Notes: generated from the letters alone by a model not told the origin. Counted from the first letter of the stretch, positions 11,116 through 21,678 are shown. The stretch: 64,000 nt of DNA from a bacterium (GCA_963692865.2 OY843592.1:32001-96000); one strand, 5' to 3'. A program made the numbers and translations.

Positions 11116-11889
11116 CTACCACTTCGTCAAATGCCACCAATATATCTCTCCCCCGCCCGAGACATAACCGGCGAAAAACGTGACGGTGACGACGTGTCCC
11201 AGAATACCGAGAATGAAGAGAAACGCCAAAACGACGTGAACGATACGCCAGTACGCCTGCGCGGTCGATACGCCGGAGCGCGCGCCCAAAATCTTGTTCT
11301 CTTCGCTGATCAGCCGGGCGTAGGCGAGCGTAAGTCCCGGTCTCGTGAACCAATGCTTGAGTCTGGGAGAGAAGACGCCCTCATCCGCTCCCGGATCGAG
11401 TCTCGAAAGCAGGGACTCTTTTTTTTCGATGAGCCGGGCCAGGCGCTCGCGGCTTTCGGAACCGGGCGGGGAGAAGGATTGCTCCCTCGTGGCGAACGTG
11501 GCCGCCATGTCTTTCGAGAGGCGAACGCGCGCCCACACGCCCAGGATCACCAGCAGCAAAAGTGCGACGAGCAACAGCGCAGGCGCATAGCGAAGAAACC
11601 CGGCCGAGTGGACCGTCACCAGCACGCCGCCCAGGGTGGCCGTAACGACATGGGCGGAGAACCAGCCGAGGGGAGAACCGCCCGCGCCCGTTCGCTTCGT
11701 GATCACGAATACCAGGGACACGCACAGGAGGAGCGTGCCCGCGACGCCGAGCAGATACAGCGTCGGGGAGCCGGGCAGGCGCCATTCGCTCGATAATTTA
11801 TTTTGAAACGCGAAGAAGGTGACCAGAACGACCGCCGCCGCGAAGACGAGGTACGCAAGCAGCCTGTCGCCGATATCGAGTCTTCGCAT
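11116..11889 (-). CDS. Multi-pass membrane protein with paired His residues (possible haem-binding partner of the oxidoreductase)
   Basis: About 6 hydrophobic segments with WFSAHVV...TVHS and WRIVHVV...GHV His pairs; co-oriented upstream of the Mo enzyme. Confidence 0.6.
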   Translation of the reverse strand: MRRLDIGDRLLAYLVFAAAVVLVTFFAFQNKLSSEWRLPGSPTLYLLGVAGTLLLCVSLVFVITKRTGAGGSPLGWFSAHVVTATLGGVLVTVHSAGFLRYAPALLLVALLLLVILGVWARVRLSKDMAATFATREQSFSPPGSESRERLARLIEKKESLLSRLDPGADEGVFSPRLKHWFTRPGLTLAYARLISEENKILGARSGVSTAQAYWRIVHVVLAFLFILGILGHVVTVTFFAGYVSGGGEIYWWHLTKW

Positions 11890-11894
11890 GAAAA

Positions 11895-12374
11895 TCAGGA
11901 AAATTCGATTTTTTCGACGTCCACGATCTCGAAATTTCTCACGCCGCCAGGCAACTGTACCGCCACCTCGTCGCCCGGCTCTTTTTGCATGAGCCCGCGC
12001 GAGAGCGGCGCGCTGAAGGAGATGATGCCGTTCGGGAGGTCGCTTTCCTCCTCGCCCAGTATCTTGTAGGTGAGCTCCTCGTTCTTGTCCAGGTCGAAGA
12101 GCGTGACCCGCGTGCCGATGGTGACCTTATCGCCGGAGATTGGGAGTTCCTCGATGACGCTCGCCTCGCGGATCTTGTCCATGATCCGGCTCACCTCGTT
12201 CTTGAGGTTGCCCTGCAATTCGATGGCCGCCTCCCACTCGGCGTTTTCGCTCAAATCACCCAGGCTCGCCGCCTTGCCGATCTCTTTCGACACCTCATGC
12301 TTCAGGCGGTATTGAATCTCTTCGACCTTTTTTCTCAGCCCATCGAGGCTCGCTTTGGTGATGTAGTACGGCAT
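11895..12374 (-). CDS. greA: Transcription elongation factor GreA
   Basis: GDLSENAEW, VTIGTRVTL, ISFSAPLSRGL and PGG motifs. An alternative GTG start lies at 12389. Confidence 0.92.
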   Translation of the reverse strand: MPYYITKASLDGLRKKVEEIQYRLKHEVSKEIGKAASLGDLSENAEWEAAIELQGNLKNEVSRIMDKIREASVIEELPISGDKVTIGTRVTLFDLDKNEELTYKILGEEESDLPNGIISFSAPLSRGLMQKEPGDEVAVQLPGGVRNFEIVDVEKIEFS

Positions 12375-12416
12375 TTCTTCCTCATCCACCCTTTGAAATA
12401 ATCGAAAAAACGCGCA

Positions 12417-13334
12417 TCAGGCGCCTTCAGCTATTTTTTCCTTCACCTGCTCGCGAAAGTCATAGCCCGTGTCTTCGACGAACGCATCGATCAGGCGTTT
12501 CGTGACCGGCCCCGGAACCGGCGCGCTCGGCCGGAAGCTGTCGATCTCGCGCACAGGCATGGCGCATATCGCGCTCGAGGTGATGAAATACTCTTCCGCC
12601 TGCGCCAGATCGTAGGTCGTCATGTCCCTTTCCTCGACGGCGATACCCAGGCGCGCGGCCAGTTCGAACACCGCCAGACGGGTCACTCCCTGCAATATGT
12701 TCCTCTCATGCGGCGTCCAGAGCGCGCCGTCTTTCACCATGAAGAAATTGGCGACCGAGTTTTCCGCCACGTTGCCGCGCACGTCGAGCATCAAGGATAG
12801 TGAGCCGGACGCAGCGGCATCGAGTTCCGCCAGAATCTGGTTCATCTTGCTCGTCACCTTGGCTCTCGTCTCGATGCACTCGGGCGGATTGCGCCTCGTG
12901 GGCGTTATCGCGAGGCGCACGCCGTTCAGATACCGCTCCGCGAAAGACGCAACGTTCACGGGCCGCCAGAATATGAACACCGAGGCCGGCCCCGCCGCGC
13001 CCGCCGCCATGGAGGGGTCGTCGTAACCGCGGGTCACCCAGTGGCCGACGCGGTACATGGCGCCCTCTTCGAGACGGCACAGGTTCGACTCCAGGGTGGC
13101 GAGCGTGGCCTGCTTCATTTCCTCTTTGCTTAGCTCCAAGTCGATACGGACGTACTTGAGCGAGCGATAGAGGCGGTCGATATGGTCGTCGAGCCTGTAG
13201 AGCTTGCCGTCGAAACACGGGGTAACCTCGTACACCCCGTCGCCCCAGAGGAAGCCGCGATCGAAGGGCGATATCCTGGCGCTGTTTTCTTCCATGATCT
13301 CGCCGTTGAGATAGACGAATCGCTCACCGGGCAT
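12417..13334 (-). CDS. Class IV PLP aminotransferase (branched-chain/D-amino acid type)
   Basis: DRGFLWGDGVYE, HIDRL, ILQGVTR, EYFITSS and PGPVTKRL motifs. Confidence 0.9.
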   Translation of the reverse strand: MPGERFVYLNGEIMEENSARISPFDRGFLWGDGVYEVTPCFDGKLYRLDDHIDRLYRSLKYVRIDLELSKEEMKQATLATLESNLCRLEEGAMYRVGHWVTRGYDDPSMAAGAAGPASVFIFWRPVNVASFAERYLNGVRLAITPTRRNPPECIETRAKVTSKMNQILAELDAAASGSLSLMLDVRGNVAENSVANFFMVKDGALWTPHERNILQGVTRLAVFELAARLGIAVEERDMTTYDLAQAEEYFITSSAICAMPVREIDSFRPSAPVPGPVTKRLIDAFVEDTGYDFREQVKEKIAEGA

Positions 13335-13522
13335 CTGACGATCCTCCCATGCGCATCAACAAAGAAAGGCCGGCCCGAAAGGACGGACACAGCCACGTGT
13401 AAGATGAAATATCATTCAACCTCATTCATCTTATAAAAGAAAAGGGCAAAGGGCAAAATCGTTCCGTGAAATTCCGCCGGCCCGCTACCACCGGCCCCGG
13501 GTCTTCCCGTTCATGCTTACGG

Positions 13523-14096
13523 GGGTTGTTGGAGAAGCTTACCAATCGAGAGTGTTCACCGTCATTCCGGCGAAAGCCGGAATCCATTTGCGGATGCGGG
13601 TGAATGAACTGCGGCGTTTCATCCCCCGCCGATGTGTAGGAACCCTCAAGAAAGGCAAAAGGCGAAAATGGATTCCGGCTTTCGCCGGAATGACGACCAC
13701 AACCGCATTCACCCGTAGGGGCGGCCCCCCGTGGCCGCCCGTATCGGATATATCCATCCCCGTAGTTGCAATTTGCAGAAGCAGGCACAGGAACCTCGGA
13801 CAGGCACGGGGGCCTGTCCCTACAAAACCATCGCGGCCATGCACGCCGTGTTTGAAGTTCACTACCCCCTTGAGGGTTGGGCTTCCCGAGGGGAAAGCCC
13901 AACGATGAAGCCGAGCGGTTTTTGCGAAGGCTGAATCGGTGGGGGGAGCTTTTTACTGTGGCATGTCCCCCCACCGCATCGGATTTCGCCTAAAGGCTCA
14001 TCCTCTGCGACTCCCCCTCAAGGGGGGAGTGAAGTCTCCTTTCTCATCGGTCGGATCCATACTCAAAATTATGAAACCAGGTTTTTTCAACAATCC
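13523..14096. repeat. Mosaic palindromic repeat cluster (REP/MITE-like)
   Basis: GTCATTCCGGCGAAAGCCGGAATCC element (13560-13695), GTAGGGGCGGCCCCCCGTGGCCGCCC and CACTACCCCCTTGAGGG...CCCCTCAAGGGGGGAGTG (13860-14031), bounded by GTTGTTGGAGAA / TTTTTTCAACAA. Confidence 0.85.
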
Positions 14097-14146
14097 TTTA
14101 TGGATCGAGCTCCGAGTTAAAAATTTTCCGAAGAGGATGAACCCGC

Positions 14147-15739
14147 TCAAGCCTTCCTCCCCCAGCCGCCGCCGCCGGGGGTCTCCAGGCGTATCCTGTC
14201 CCCGCGCTTCGCTCTTAGACGGGCCTTGCCGGAGAATTGCCTCTCTTCACCCCCGCTCACGAGCAGATTCCGGCCCTTCGTGCCCGGTTCTCCGCCGCTC
14301 AGGGGCCAGGGAGGCTTTTCCCGCCTCTCCGTCATGAACGAGACGGTGGCGTCGCCGAGGAGTTCGATCTCGCGGACGATGCCGTCGCCGCCGCGGTGTT
14401 TTCCCCCGCCGCCGCTGCCGCGGCGGACGGTGTAGCGGCTCACCCGGAAGGGATAGGCGTGTTCGAGCGCTTCTATCGGGGTGTTCAGGGTGTTGGTGAG
14501 ATGGGTGTGGATGGCGTCTTCGCCTGCGCCCCACGGTCCCCCGCCCATGCCGCCGCCCGTGGTCTCATAATAGGCGTAGGGACGGCCCTGCCGGGGGCCT
14601 GCGCGGTGATCCATGCCCCCCACCGTGAGGTTGTTCATCGTGCCGCAGGAGGCGGCGGGAATCTTGCCGGGACAGGCTTTTGCCAGCGCGCCGAGTATCA
14701 CGTCCACCATTCTCTGGCTCGTCTCCACGTTCCCACCGGCGACGGCGGCGGGAAACTCGGCGTTCACCACCGTGCCCGAGGGCGCAACCACCTCGATGGG
14801 ATCCATGCAGCCCGAATTGTTCGGTATGTCGTAGGGCACCAGGCAGCGCAGGGCGTAGTAGGCCGCCGTGCGGGCGATGGACTCCACGGCGTTCACGCTG
14901 CCTTGGGTCTGCGGGGCCGAGCCGGTGTAGTCCACGCGCATCTTCGATCCGCGCACCGTGATCTCCACCCGTATCGGCACGAAGCCGCTGCCGAAACCGT
15001 CGTCGTCCATGTAATCCTCGAAGCGGTACCGACCATCGGGTATGTCGCGAATCACGGCCTTGGTCAGGCGCTCGGAATACTTTTGAAGCTCGGCCGTGTA
15101 GCGCAGCGTCTCGGCCAGTCCGTGACGCTCGATGATCTCCAGAATCCGCCGCTCGCCCACGCGGTTCGCCGCGATTTGCGCCGCGATGTCTCCCCGGCGC
15201 TCCTCGGCGGTGCGCACGTTCGCCAGGATGAGCGCGAAGACGTCTTCCTGCATCTCGCCTCCGCGCACGAGCTTGACCGGCGGTATGACCACGCCGTCCT
15301 GGAAAATCTCGGTCGTGATGCTCATCGAGCCGGGCGCGATGCCGCCCACGTCCGCATGGTGCGCCCGGTTGGCGACGTAGTAGATGAGTTTTTCCCTGCC
15401 CCTCTCCTGGCCGTATACGGGCGAGATCATCGTGATGTCCGGCAGGTGGTTTCCTCCGCGAAAAGGGTCGTTCAGCACGACCACGTCGCCCGGTTCGAGC
15501 GTCATGCGCTCGATGACGTATTCCACCGACATCGGCATGGAGCCCAGATGGGCGGGCAAGTGCGCCGCCTGCGCCGCCATCCGGCCCTCCGCGTCGAAGA
15601 CGGCGCACGAATAATCCTTGCGCTCCTTGATGTTGGGGGAGAACGAGGAGCGGCAGAGCGCCACGCCCATCTCTTCGGAGGCCGCGAACAACAGGTTGCG
15701 GAAGACTTCCAGGAGTATCGGATCGTACGTGTTCGCCAT
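14147..15739 (-). CDS. Hydantoinase B / 5-oxoprolinase subunit B
   Basis: SPNIKERKDYSCA, AHLGSM, NDPFRGGNHLPD, HHADVGG and TPGGGGWG motifs. Confidence 0.93.
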   Translation of the reverse strand: MANTYDPILLEVFRNLLFAASEEMGVALCRSSFSPNIKERKDYSCAVFDAEGRMAAQAAHLPAHLGSMPMSVEYVIERMTLEPGDVVVLNDPFRGGNHLPDITMISPVYGQERGREKLIYYVANRAHHADVGGIAPGSMSITTEIFQDGVVIPPVKLVRGGEMQEDVFALILANVRTAEERRGDIAAQIAANRVGERRILEIIERHGLAETLRYTAELQKYSERLTKAVIRDIPDGRYRFEDYMDDDGFGSGFVPIRVEITVRGSKMRVDYTGSAPQTQGSVNAVESIARTAAYYALRCLVPYDIPNNSGCMDPIEVVAPSGTVVNAEFPAAVAGGNVETSQRMVDVILGALAKACPGKIPAASCGTMNNLTVGGMDHRAGPRQGRPYAYYETTGGGMGGGPWGAGEDAIHTHLTNTLNTPIEALEHAYPFRVSRYTVRRGSGGGGKHRGGDGIVREIELLGDATVSFMTERREKPPWPLSGGEPGTKGRNLLVSGGEERQFSGKARLRAKRGDRIRLETPGGGGWGRKA

Positions 15740-15748
15740 CGCGCCCTC

Positions 15749-17764
15749 TCAGCCTAAATTTTTCAACACGAGATTGCCCCACTCGTCCACCCGGCATTCC
15801 CAGCCCGGCGGGACGACCGTCGTCGCGCTGAACTCGCACACCAGCGCGGGGCCCTCGAAGCGATTCCCGCGAGAAAATTTATCCCGCATATAAACCGAAC
15901 CCTCGATTTGCTTACCCGCAAATACCATCTTCCGGCTCCCCATGAGCGCACCGGATACGTCTCTGCGCGCCTTGGGAAGCCGTCTCGCGGGCGGACGCTC
16001 CACTTCGCCTACGCCCCGGACTCTCAACGTCACGATCTCGACCGGACTCTCCGGGCTGGACGTGCCGAAGCGCTCGTCGTGCAGCGCATCGAACGAAGTC
16101 CTGAGGCTCTTGCGGAGGTCCACGCCCTTCTGGGGCAGGTAAGGGAGCGTCAACTCATAGGATTGCCCGAGATAGCGCATGTCGATGAAGAGCGAAAAGG
16201 CGGGCCTTGCGAAACCCTCGAATTTCAGGTCCTCCCGCCCTTTTTGCAGCAAGGGGGAAAAGTGGCCCGCGAGCGTTCTCTTGCTCAATCCCTCAAGCGG
16301 CAGGAGCACCGTCCGGGCGTAGTCCTTCACCACGTCGGCGGTCAACATGCCCCGCGCGGAAAGAATCCCCGGGTCATTGGGCACGACGACGTGCGGGATG
16401 CCCAATATCTCCGCCAGGGAACAGGCGTGCATCGCCCCCGCGCCGCCGAAGGAGATGAGGGCGAACGTGCGCGGATCGTGGCCCCGCTCCACGCTGATGA
16501 GGCGAATCGCGCGCGCCATGTGCTGGTTGGCGACGCGGATAACGCCCTCGGCCGCCTGGCGGTCGCCCAGGCGCAGGGACTTCGCCAGACGCGCGATACC
16601 GATCTTTACCGGCTCGATATCGAGCGCCATCCTGCCGCCCAGGAACTGTTCGGGGTCGAGACGGCCTAGGAAGAGGTTCGCATCCGTAACGGTCACCTGA
16701 TCCCCCTTGCCGTAGCATATCGGCCCCGGAGCGGCGCCCGCGCTCTGCGGACCCACGGCCAGAGCGCCCCCCGGATCGACCCGGGCGATGGAGCCGCCGC
16801 CCGCGCCGACCGTGTGGATGTCAATGAGGGGGACCCGGATCGGGCAGCCGGCCACCTCGGTCTCCGCCGTGAAGCCGACCCCGCCGTGCAGCAGGGACAC
16901 GTCCGTACTCGTGCCGCCCATATCGAACGCGATAGCGTTCTCGAACCCCGCTCGTTTCGCCACCTCATAGGCGCCCACGACGCCGCCGGCCGGGCCGGAA
17001 AGAATGGTCCGTATGGCCTCCTCGCCCGCCATCGCGCTCGATATGACGCCGCCGTTGCTCTGCATGACCCGCAAACGGCCCGAACCCAGTCGCGATTCCA
17101 GGTCCTTGAGATATCGGTTCATCATGGGAGAGACGTAGGCGTTCACGCACGTGGTGCTCATCCGCTCGTACTCCCGGAACTCAGGCAGCACCTGGCTGGA
17201 GGTCGACACGTGGATGCCGCTCCGGCGTATGGCGTCGGCCACTTTCTCCTCGTGCGCAGGATTCGCATAAGAGTGCAGCAGGCAGATGGCGACGGATTCG
17301 ACGCCCGCTCGCTTGAGCTTGCGGTTCAGCGCCCTCAAGTCCGACGCCTTGACCCGCAGGAGTTCGCCGCCTTTCTCGTCCAGACGCTCCGCCACGCCCA
17401 ATCTCAAGTCTCTCGGCACCAGCGCAGGCGGCTTGCGGTACGCGAGATTGTAGAGTTCCTTCCGGTTCTGGCGGCCGATCTCGATCAGGTCTTCGAAACC
17501 GGCAGTCGTCACGAGGGCGGTCCTGGCGCCGCCCCGGGTGAGGAGGGCGTTCGTCGCCACGGTGGAGCCGTGCGTGATGTCGAGAGCCACGCCTCGGCCT
17601 TCGAGTATTTCATCCAGCCCCTGCAGGATGGCGCGCTCGGGCGCATCGGGCGTGGAGGGCACCTTGTGGACGCGCACACGGGCGCCGTCGAAGGAGATGA
17701 AATCCGTAAAGGTGCCGCCTGTGTCGACGCCGATCCTGAGCGTCTTCGCCTTGTGCGCGGGCAT
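15749..17764 (-). CDS. Hydantoinase A / 5-oxoprolinase ATP-binding subunit
   Basis: DTGGTFTD, SGPAGG, DMGGTSTD, GAGGGS and FGGAG motifs. Confidence 0.93.
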   Translation of the reverse strand: MPAHKAKTLRIGVDTGGTFTDFISFDGARVRVHKVPSTPDAPERAILQGLDEILEGRGVALDITHGSTVATNALLTRGGARTALVTTAGFEDLIEIGRQNRKELYNLAYRKPPALVPRDLRLGVAERLDEKGGELLRVKASDLRALNRKLKRAGVESVAICLLHSYANPAHEEKVADAIRRSGIHVSTSSQVLPEFREYERMSTTCVNAYVSPMMNRYLKDLESRLGSGRLRVMQSNGGVISSAMAGEEAIRTILSGPAGGVVGAYEVAKRAGFENAIAFDMGGTSTDVSLLHGGVGFTAETEVAGCPIRVPLIDIHTVGAGGGSIARVDPGGALAVGPQSAGAAPGPICYGKGDQVTVTDANLFLGRLDPEQFLGGRMALDIEPVKIGIARLAKSLRLGDRQAAEGVIRVANQHMARAIRLISVERGHDPRTFALISFGGAGAMHACSLAEILGIPHVVVPNDPGILSARGMLTADVVKDYARTVLLPLEGLSKRTLAGHFSPLLQKGREDLKFEGFARPAFSLFIDMRYLGQSYELTLPYLPQKGVDLRKSLRTSFDALHDERFGTSSPESPVEIVTLRVRGVGEVERPPARRLPKARRDVSGALMGSRKMVFAGKQIEGSVYMRDKFSRGNRFEGPALVCEFSATTVVPPGWECRVDEWGNLVLKNLG

Positions 17765-18774
17765 CAGCGCCTCCTGTTCGGCCAGGCTTCGGGGTTCAGC
17801 AGATCAGGAGGGCGCCTGCCGAGCAGATAGGCCTTTACGTTCCTCTCCACGCGATCAGATACCGCGTCCCGGCCCAAGTCGGTGTTCGTTCCCAGGTGCG
17901 GCATCATGACGACGTTCTTCATCCGCAGGAGCCTCGGGTGCGGCTCGGGTTCATTCTCGAACACGTCCAGTCCGGCTCCGCCCAAGCGGCCCGAGCGGAG
18001 CGCTTCGACCAGGGCTTTCTCGTCCAGAATGGGGCCCCGGGCGGTGTTGATGATCACGGCACCCTGTTTCATCCGGGCGAACTCCGCCGCGCCGATGAGG
18101 TGGCGCGTCTCATCGTTCAGGGCCAGGTGCACGCTCAGGAAATCGGATTCGCGCAACAGCCTGCCGAATGCGCGGTAGGAGACGCCCGTCTGCTTCTCCA
18201 TTTCGGGGCTTTTCCTGTTCCGGCTCCAGTAGCGGACCTTCATGCCGAACGCGTTCGCCATGCGCGCCACGGCGCAGCCGATGCGCCCCAGACCGATGAC
18301 CCCGAGCACCCGGCCGTTCAGCCCCCGGCCTTCCAGCAGCGTGGGCGTCCAACCCTTCCATCGCCCCGTTCTGATATACGAATCCGCTTCCGCCACCCGC
18401 CTGTTCACCCCGAGCAGGAGCGCCATGGCGCATTCCGCCGTCGGCTCCGTGACGACGCCGGGCGTGTTCGTGGCCAGAATTCCCCGCCCGGTGATCTCCT
18501 CCAGGTCGAGATTGTTGAAGCCGACCCCGCAGTTGGCGACCAGTTTGAGGCGCGGCGCGGCATCGAGGAATCCGGCGTCTATCTCGTCTCCCACCATCGA
18601 GATGAGCACGTCCGCGCGGCGCACGGCGCGCCTGTACGCGGCGGGACTCGGCCGCACGTCTTTCGCGTGCATGGCGAACTCGGAGATTCGCTTGAGTTCT
18701 TCGAAATGACGGGCAGGAAACTTTCGGGAGAGGAATACGCGCGGGAGACCTCCAGGGGGCGCCTTATCAGCCAT
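17764..18774 (-). CDS. D-isomer-specific 2-hydroxyacid dehydrogenase (glyoxylate reductase-like)
   Basis: GLGRIG Rossmann motif, INTARG, GLDVFENEP and PHLG. Confidence 0.9.
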   Translation of the reverse strand: MADKAPPGGLPRVFLSRKFPARHFEELKRISEFAMHAKDVRPSPAAYRRAVRRADVLISMVGDEIDAGFLDAAPRLKLVANCGVGFNNLDLEEITGRGILATNTPGVVTEPTAECAMALLLGVNRRVAEADSYIRTGRWKGWTPTLLEGRGLNGRVLGVIGLGRIGCAVARMANAFGMKVRYWSRNRKSPEMEKQTGVSYRAFGRLLRESDFLSVHLALNDETRHLIGAAEFARMKQGAVIINTARGPILDEKALVEALRSGRLGGAGLDVFENEPEPHPRLLRMKNVVMMPHLGTNTDLGRDAVSDRVERNVKAYLLGRRPPDLLNPEAWPNRRR

Positions 18775-18776
18775 CT

Positions 18777-19940
18777 TCACAACCGCTTCACGGCGTCCGC
18801 GATCCGGTCCACGGCCCGCTCCAGATTCTCCACGCTGTTGGCGAAGCACATTCTCAGGTGATTGTCCGCGTGAACGCCGAAGGCCGAGCCGGGCAGAGTC
18901 GCCACCCCCACCTCGTCGAGCAGATAGTCGGCGAAATCATCCGCGCTCATGGGGATTCGGCTCACGTTGGGAAAAGCGTAGAAAGCGCCGTCGGGGTATT
19001 GGCAGGATATGCCTTCCACCTCGTTCAGGCCCGAGATGAAGATGTCGCGCCTGCGCCTGAAATCATCCATCATGGCGCGGCTCTCGGACTGATCCTCCAG
19101 AAGCCCCTTCGCGCCCGCCAGTTGAATGAAGGGCGGCACGCAGCTCACCGAGTTGGTGATGAGCTGGGCGAGCGGGTCGGCGAGCGCGGTGGGCGCGGCG
19201 ATGAAGCCGAGGCGCCAGCCCGTCATGGCGTATGTCTTCGAGAACGTCTCGAGCAGGATGGTGCGCTCGCGCATCCCCGGCAGCGTGCCCAGGGAGACGT
19301 GTTCCCCCTCGAAAAGCATGTGGGCGTACACCTCATCGGACAGGACGATGATGTCGTTTTCCACGGCGATCTCCGCGATGGCTTCGAGTTCGCTCCTCGC
19401 AAGCGTCCCGCCGGTGGGGTTGTGCGGATAGTTCAGGATGAGGAGGCGGGTCCTGTCCGTGACGCGCGCGCGCAGATCGTCCGGCGTGAAGCGGAAATTG
19501 TTTTCCTCCAGTATCGGCAGCGGCACGGGCTTGGCGCCCGCGTAGAGCGCCACGGACTCATAGACCGGAAAACCCGGATCGGGATAGATCACCTCATCGC
19601 CCGGCCCCGCCGTGGCCATGATGGTGTAGTAAAGAAACGGCTTGCCCCCCGGGCCGACCACGATCTCATCCGGCGAATAATCCCCGCGCCCGTCGCGCCC
19701 GAGCCACTCACAGGCCGCTTCGCGAAGCTCCAGCACGCCGGCGGAGGGGCAGTAGTGCGTCTTGCCCGCCTTGAGCTGCGCGTACGCTTCCTCGACGATG
19801 CTCGAGGGCGTGTCGAAATCGGTATCGCCGATCTCCAGGTGGATGATGTCCCGGCCCCCCCGCTCCATTTCGCTCGCCTTGGCGAGAACCACGAACGCGC
19901 TTTCCGTTTTGAGCAGCTTCATCCGATCAGCCAGACGCAT
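18777..19940 (-). CDS. Class I/II PLP-dependent (aspartate-type) aminotransferase
   Basis: NYPHNPTG, SDEVY, SKTYAMTGWRLG and GAFYAF motifs. Confidence 0.92.
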   Translation of the reverse strand: MRLADRMKLLKTESAFVVLAKASEMERGGRDIIHLEIGDTDFDTPSSIVEEAYAQLKAGKTHYCPSAGVLELREAACEWLGRDGRGDYSPDEIVVGPGGKPFLYYTIMATAGPGDEVIYPDPGFPVYESVALYAGAKPVPLPILEENNFRFTPDDLRARVTDRTRLLILNYPHNPTGGTLARSELEAIAEIAVENDIIVLSDEVYAHMLFEGEHVSLGTLPGMRERTILLETFSKTYAMTGWRLGFIAAPTALADPLAQLITNSVSCVPPFIQLAGAKGLLEDQSESRAMMDDFRRRRDIFISGLNEVEGISCQYPDGAFYAFPNVSRIPMSADDFADYLLDEVGVATLPGSAFGVHADNHLRMCFANSVENLERAVDRIADAVKRL

Positions 19941-19958
19941 AATTCATCCCCGTCCCTA

Positions 19959-20564
19959 TTATATCGTCGAGTGAAGAGGCGCGTCCGTCACGACGCCGCA
20001 CCTCGTGAGGGCGTTCAACGCTTCCGCAACGGGCAGACCCACGACGTTGGTGTAGCTTCCCTCCACCCTGTCCACGAGGCTCCCGCCCAGACCCTGAATG
20101 GCGTATGCGCCCGCCTTGTCCATGGGTTCGCCGCTTTCGACGTATCGCCCGATGGTTTCCCCGTCAAGCTTCCGAAAGGACACCTTCGTCGTGACCGCCT
20201 CTTCATGGCGGGCATCCGCTTCTAAGAGAGCGAACGCGGTGATCACCTCGTGCGTCCGCCCCGAAAGCAACCCGAGCATGCGCGAGGCGTCCTCCCCGTC
20301 CGACGGCTTTCCCAGGATTTCCCCGTCCAGGACGACCACCGTATCGGCTCCGAGAACGAACGCGCCCGGGTTCATCCCCGCCACGAAACCCGCCTTCGCC
20401 AGGGCGCGGCGCATGGCCTCGGCTTCGGCCTCAAGCCCCGGCGCGATTTCCTCCTCCACGTCCGGGGGCGCCTGGACGACGTCGAACGCGAGGCCCGCAT
20501 CCTGCAGGAGCCGTTTTCTGCGCGGGGAACCCGAAGCCAGAATGAAATGCCGAATCTGTCGCAA
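19959..20564 (-). CDS. maf: Maf nucleoside-triphosphate pyrophosphatase
   Basis: ILASGSPRR, GADTVV, GKP, DKAGAYAIQG and NVVGLP motifs. TTG start inferred. Confidence 0.93.
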   Translation of the reverse strand: MRQIRHFILASGSPRRKRLLQDAGLAFDVVQAPPDVEEEIAPGLEAEAEAMRRALAKAGFVAGMNPGAFVLGADTVVVLDGEILGKPSDGEDASRMLGLLSGRTHEVITAFALLEADARHEEAVTTKVSFRKLDGETIGRYVESGEPMDKAGAYAIQGLGGSLVDRVEGSYTNVVGLPVAEALNALTRCGVVTDAPLHSTI

Positions 20565-20583
20565 GAAACGAACCTGCGGAGGG

Positions 20584-21561
20584 CTAATTGTCCCGATCGA
20601 CAATGTAGTCGGCGACGTCGCGCAACACGTCGACATGGAACGAGTCCGGCAATATGGAGAGAGCCGCCTTGCCCGCCTCGACGTATCCCCGCGCCCTGTC
20701 CAGCGTGTAGTCCACCGCGCCGTACTTGTTCATCATTTCGAGAACGTCGTCCAAGTCTTCCGCGCGAATCTCGTCCGCGTGAACCACCAGATGATTCAAT
20801 CTCTCGAATTCCGCCTCCGTGGCCCGGGCGCAAACCCGGAGCAAAGGCAGCGTAACGTTCCCCTCGCGCAGATCCTCGCCAACGGATTTTCCGGTTTTCC
20901 GCGCATCGCCCATGTAGTCGAGGGCGTCGTCGACCAGCTGGAAGGCGTATCCGATCTGGGCGCCGAACTGATGGATCGCGTCCGCAATCGTGGGCGGACT
21001 GTCGGGGATCAGGGCGCCGACCCTGCAACTCGCGGCGATGAGGGCGGCCGTCTTGCGGTAGATGACGTCGAGATATTCCCCTTCGGTGAGCTTCAGGTTG
21101 TACATGTTCACCAGCTGGAGCACTTCCCCCTCGGAAAGCAGGGTGCAGGCCTCGCTCATGGTTTGAATGATTCGCAGATCGGCGTCCGCTGCCATGAGCG
21201 AGAAACTCTTGGCGAAGAGGAAATCACCCACCAGGACGCTCGTCTCGTTGTTCCATTTCGCGTTGGCGGACGGGTTGCCCCGCCTCATCTGCGCGTCATC
21301 CACCACGTCGTCGTGCAGGAGCGTGGCCGTGTGGATGTACTCCACCACGCAACCCATCGTCGTGGCGCGGGGACCCTCATAGCCGCACGCCTTGGCGACG
21401 AGCACCAGAAGCATCGGGCGGATCCGCTTGCCGCCGGAACCGATGAGATAATCGCTCACATCGGGTATCAGGACGACGTCCGAATGAAAATTCGCGTGAA
21501 TCGCATCTTCCACTTCCTTCATCTCGGAAGCGATTGAATCCGCAATCTCAGAAAATTTCAT
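20584..21561 (-). CDS. Long-chain polyprenyl diphosphate synthase (IspB-like)
   Basis: GGKRIRP, LLHDDVVD...RRG and FQLVDDALD motifs; SD GGAGG before the ATG at 21561. Confidence 0.92.
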   Translation of the reverse strand: MKFSEIADSIASEMKEVEDAIHANFHSDVVLIPDVSDYLIGSGGKRIRPMLLVLVAKACGYEGPRATTMGCVVEYIHTATLLHDDVVDDAQMRRGNPSANAKWNNETSVLVGDFLFAKSFSLMAADADLRIIQTMSEACTLLSEGEVLQLVNMYNLKLTEGEYLDVIYRKTAALIAASCRVGALIPDSPPTIADAIHQFGAQIGYAFQLVDDALDYMGDARKTGKSVGEDLREGNVTLPLLRVCARATEAEFERLNHLVVHADEIRAEDLDDVLEMMNKYGAVDYTLDRARGYVEAGKAALSILPDSFHVDVLRDVADYIVDRDN

Positions 21562-21649
21562 CCCACCTCCGAACTGCGGGCACATCTCCTAAAACGGGGG
21601 GGTCCTTCCGCAGATCATTTTCCCCGATAACCGAACACAAGAGCAACTC

Positions 21650-21678
21650 AATCTATTGAGGAGGCCCATGGGTGTCAA
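21650..21678 (-). promoter_or_regulatory. Sigma70-type promoter upstream of the ispB-like/maf gene run
   Basis: TTGACA-N17-TAGATT on the minus strand. Confidence 0.6.

Noticed and set aside
13426-14337. ORFs containing VIPAKAGIH / WIPAFAGMT peptides (also near 7260-7790 and 23376-23627)
   Set aside because: These are translations of palindromic repeat elements, not genes.
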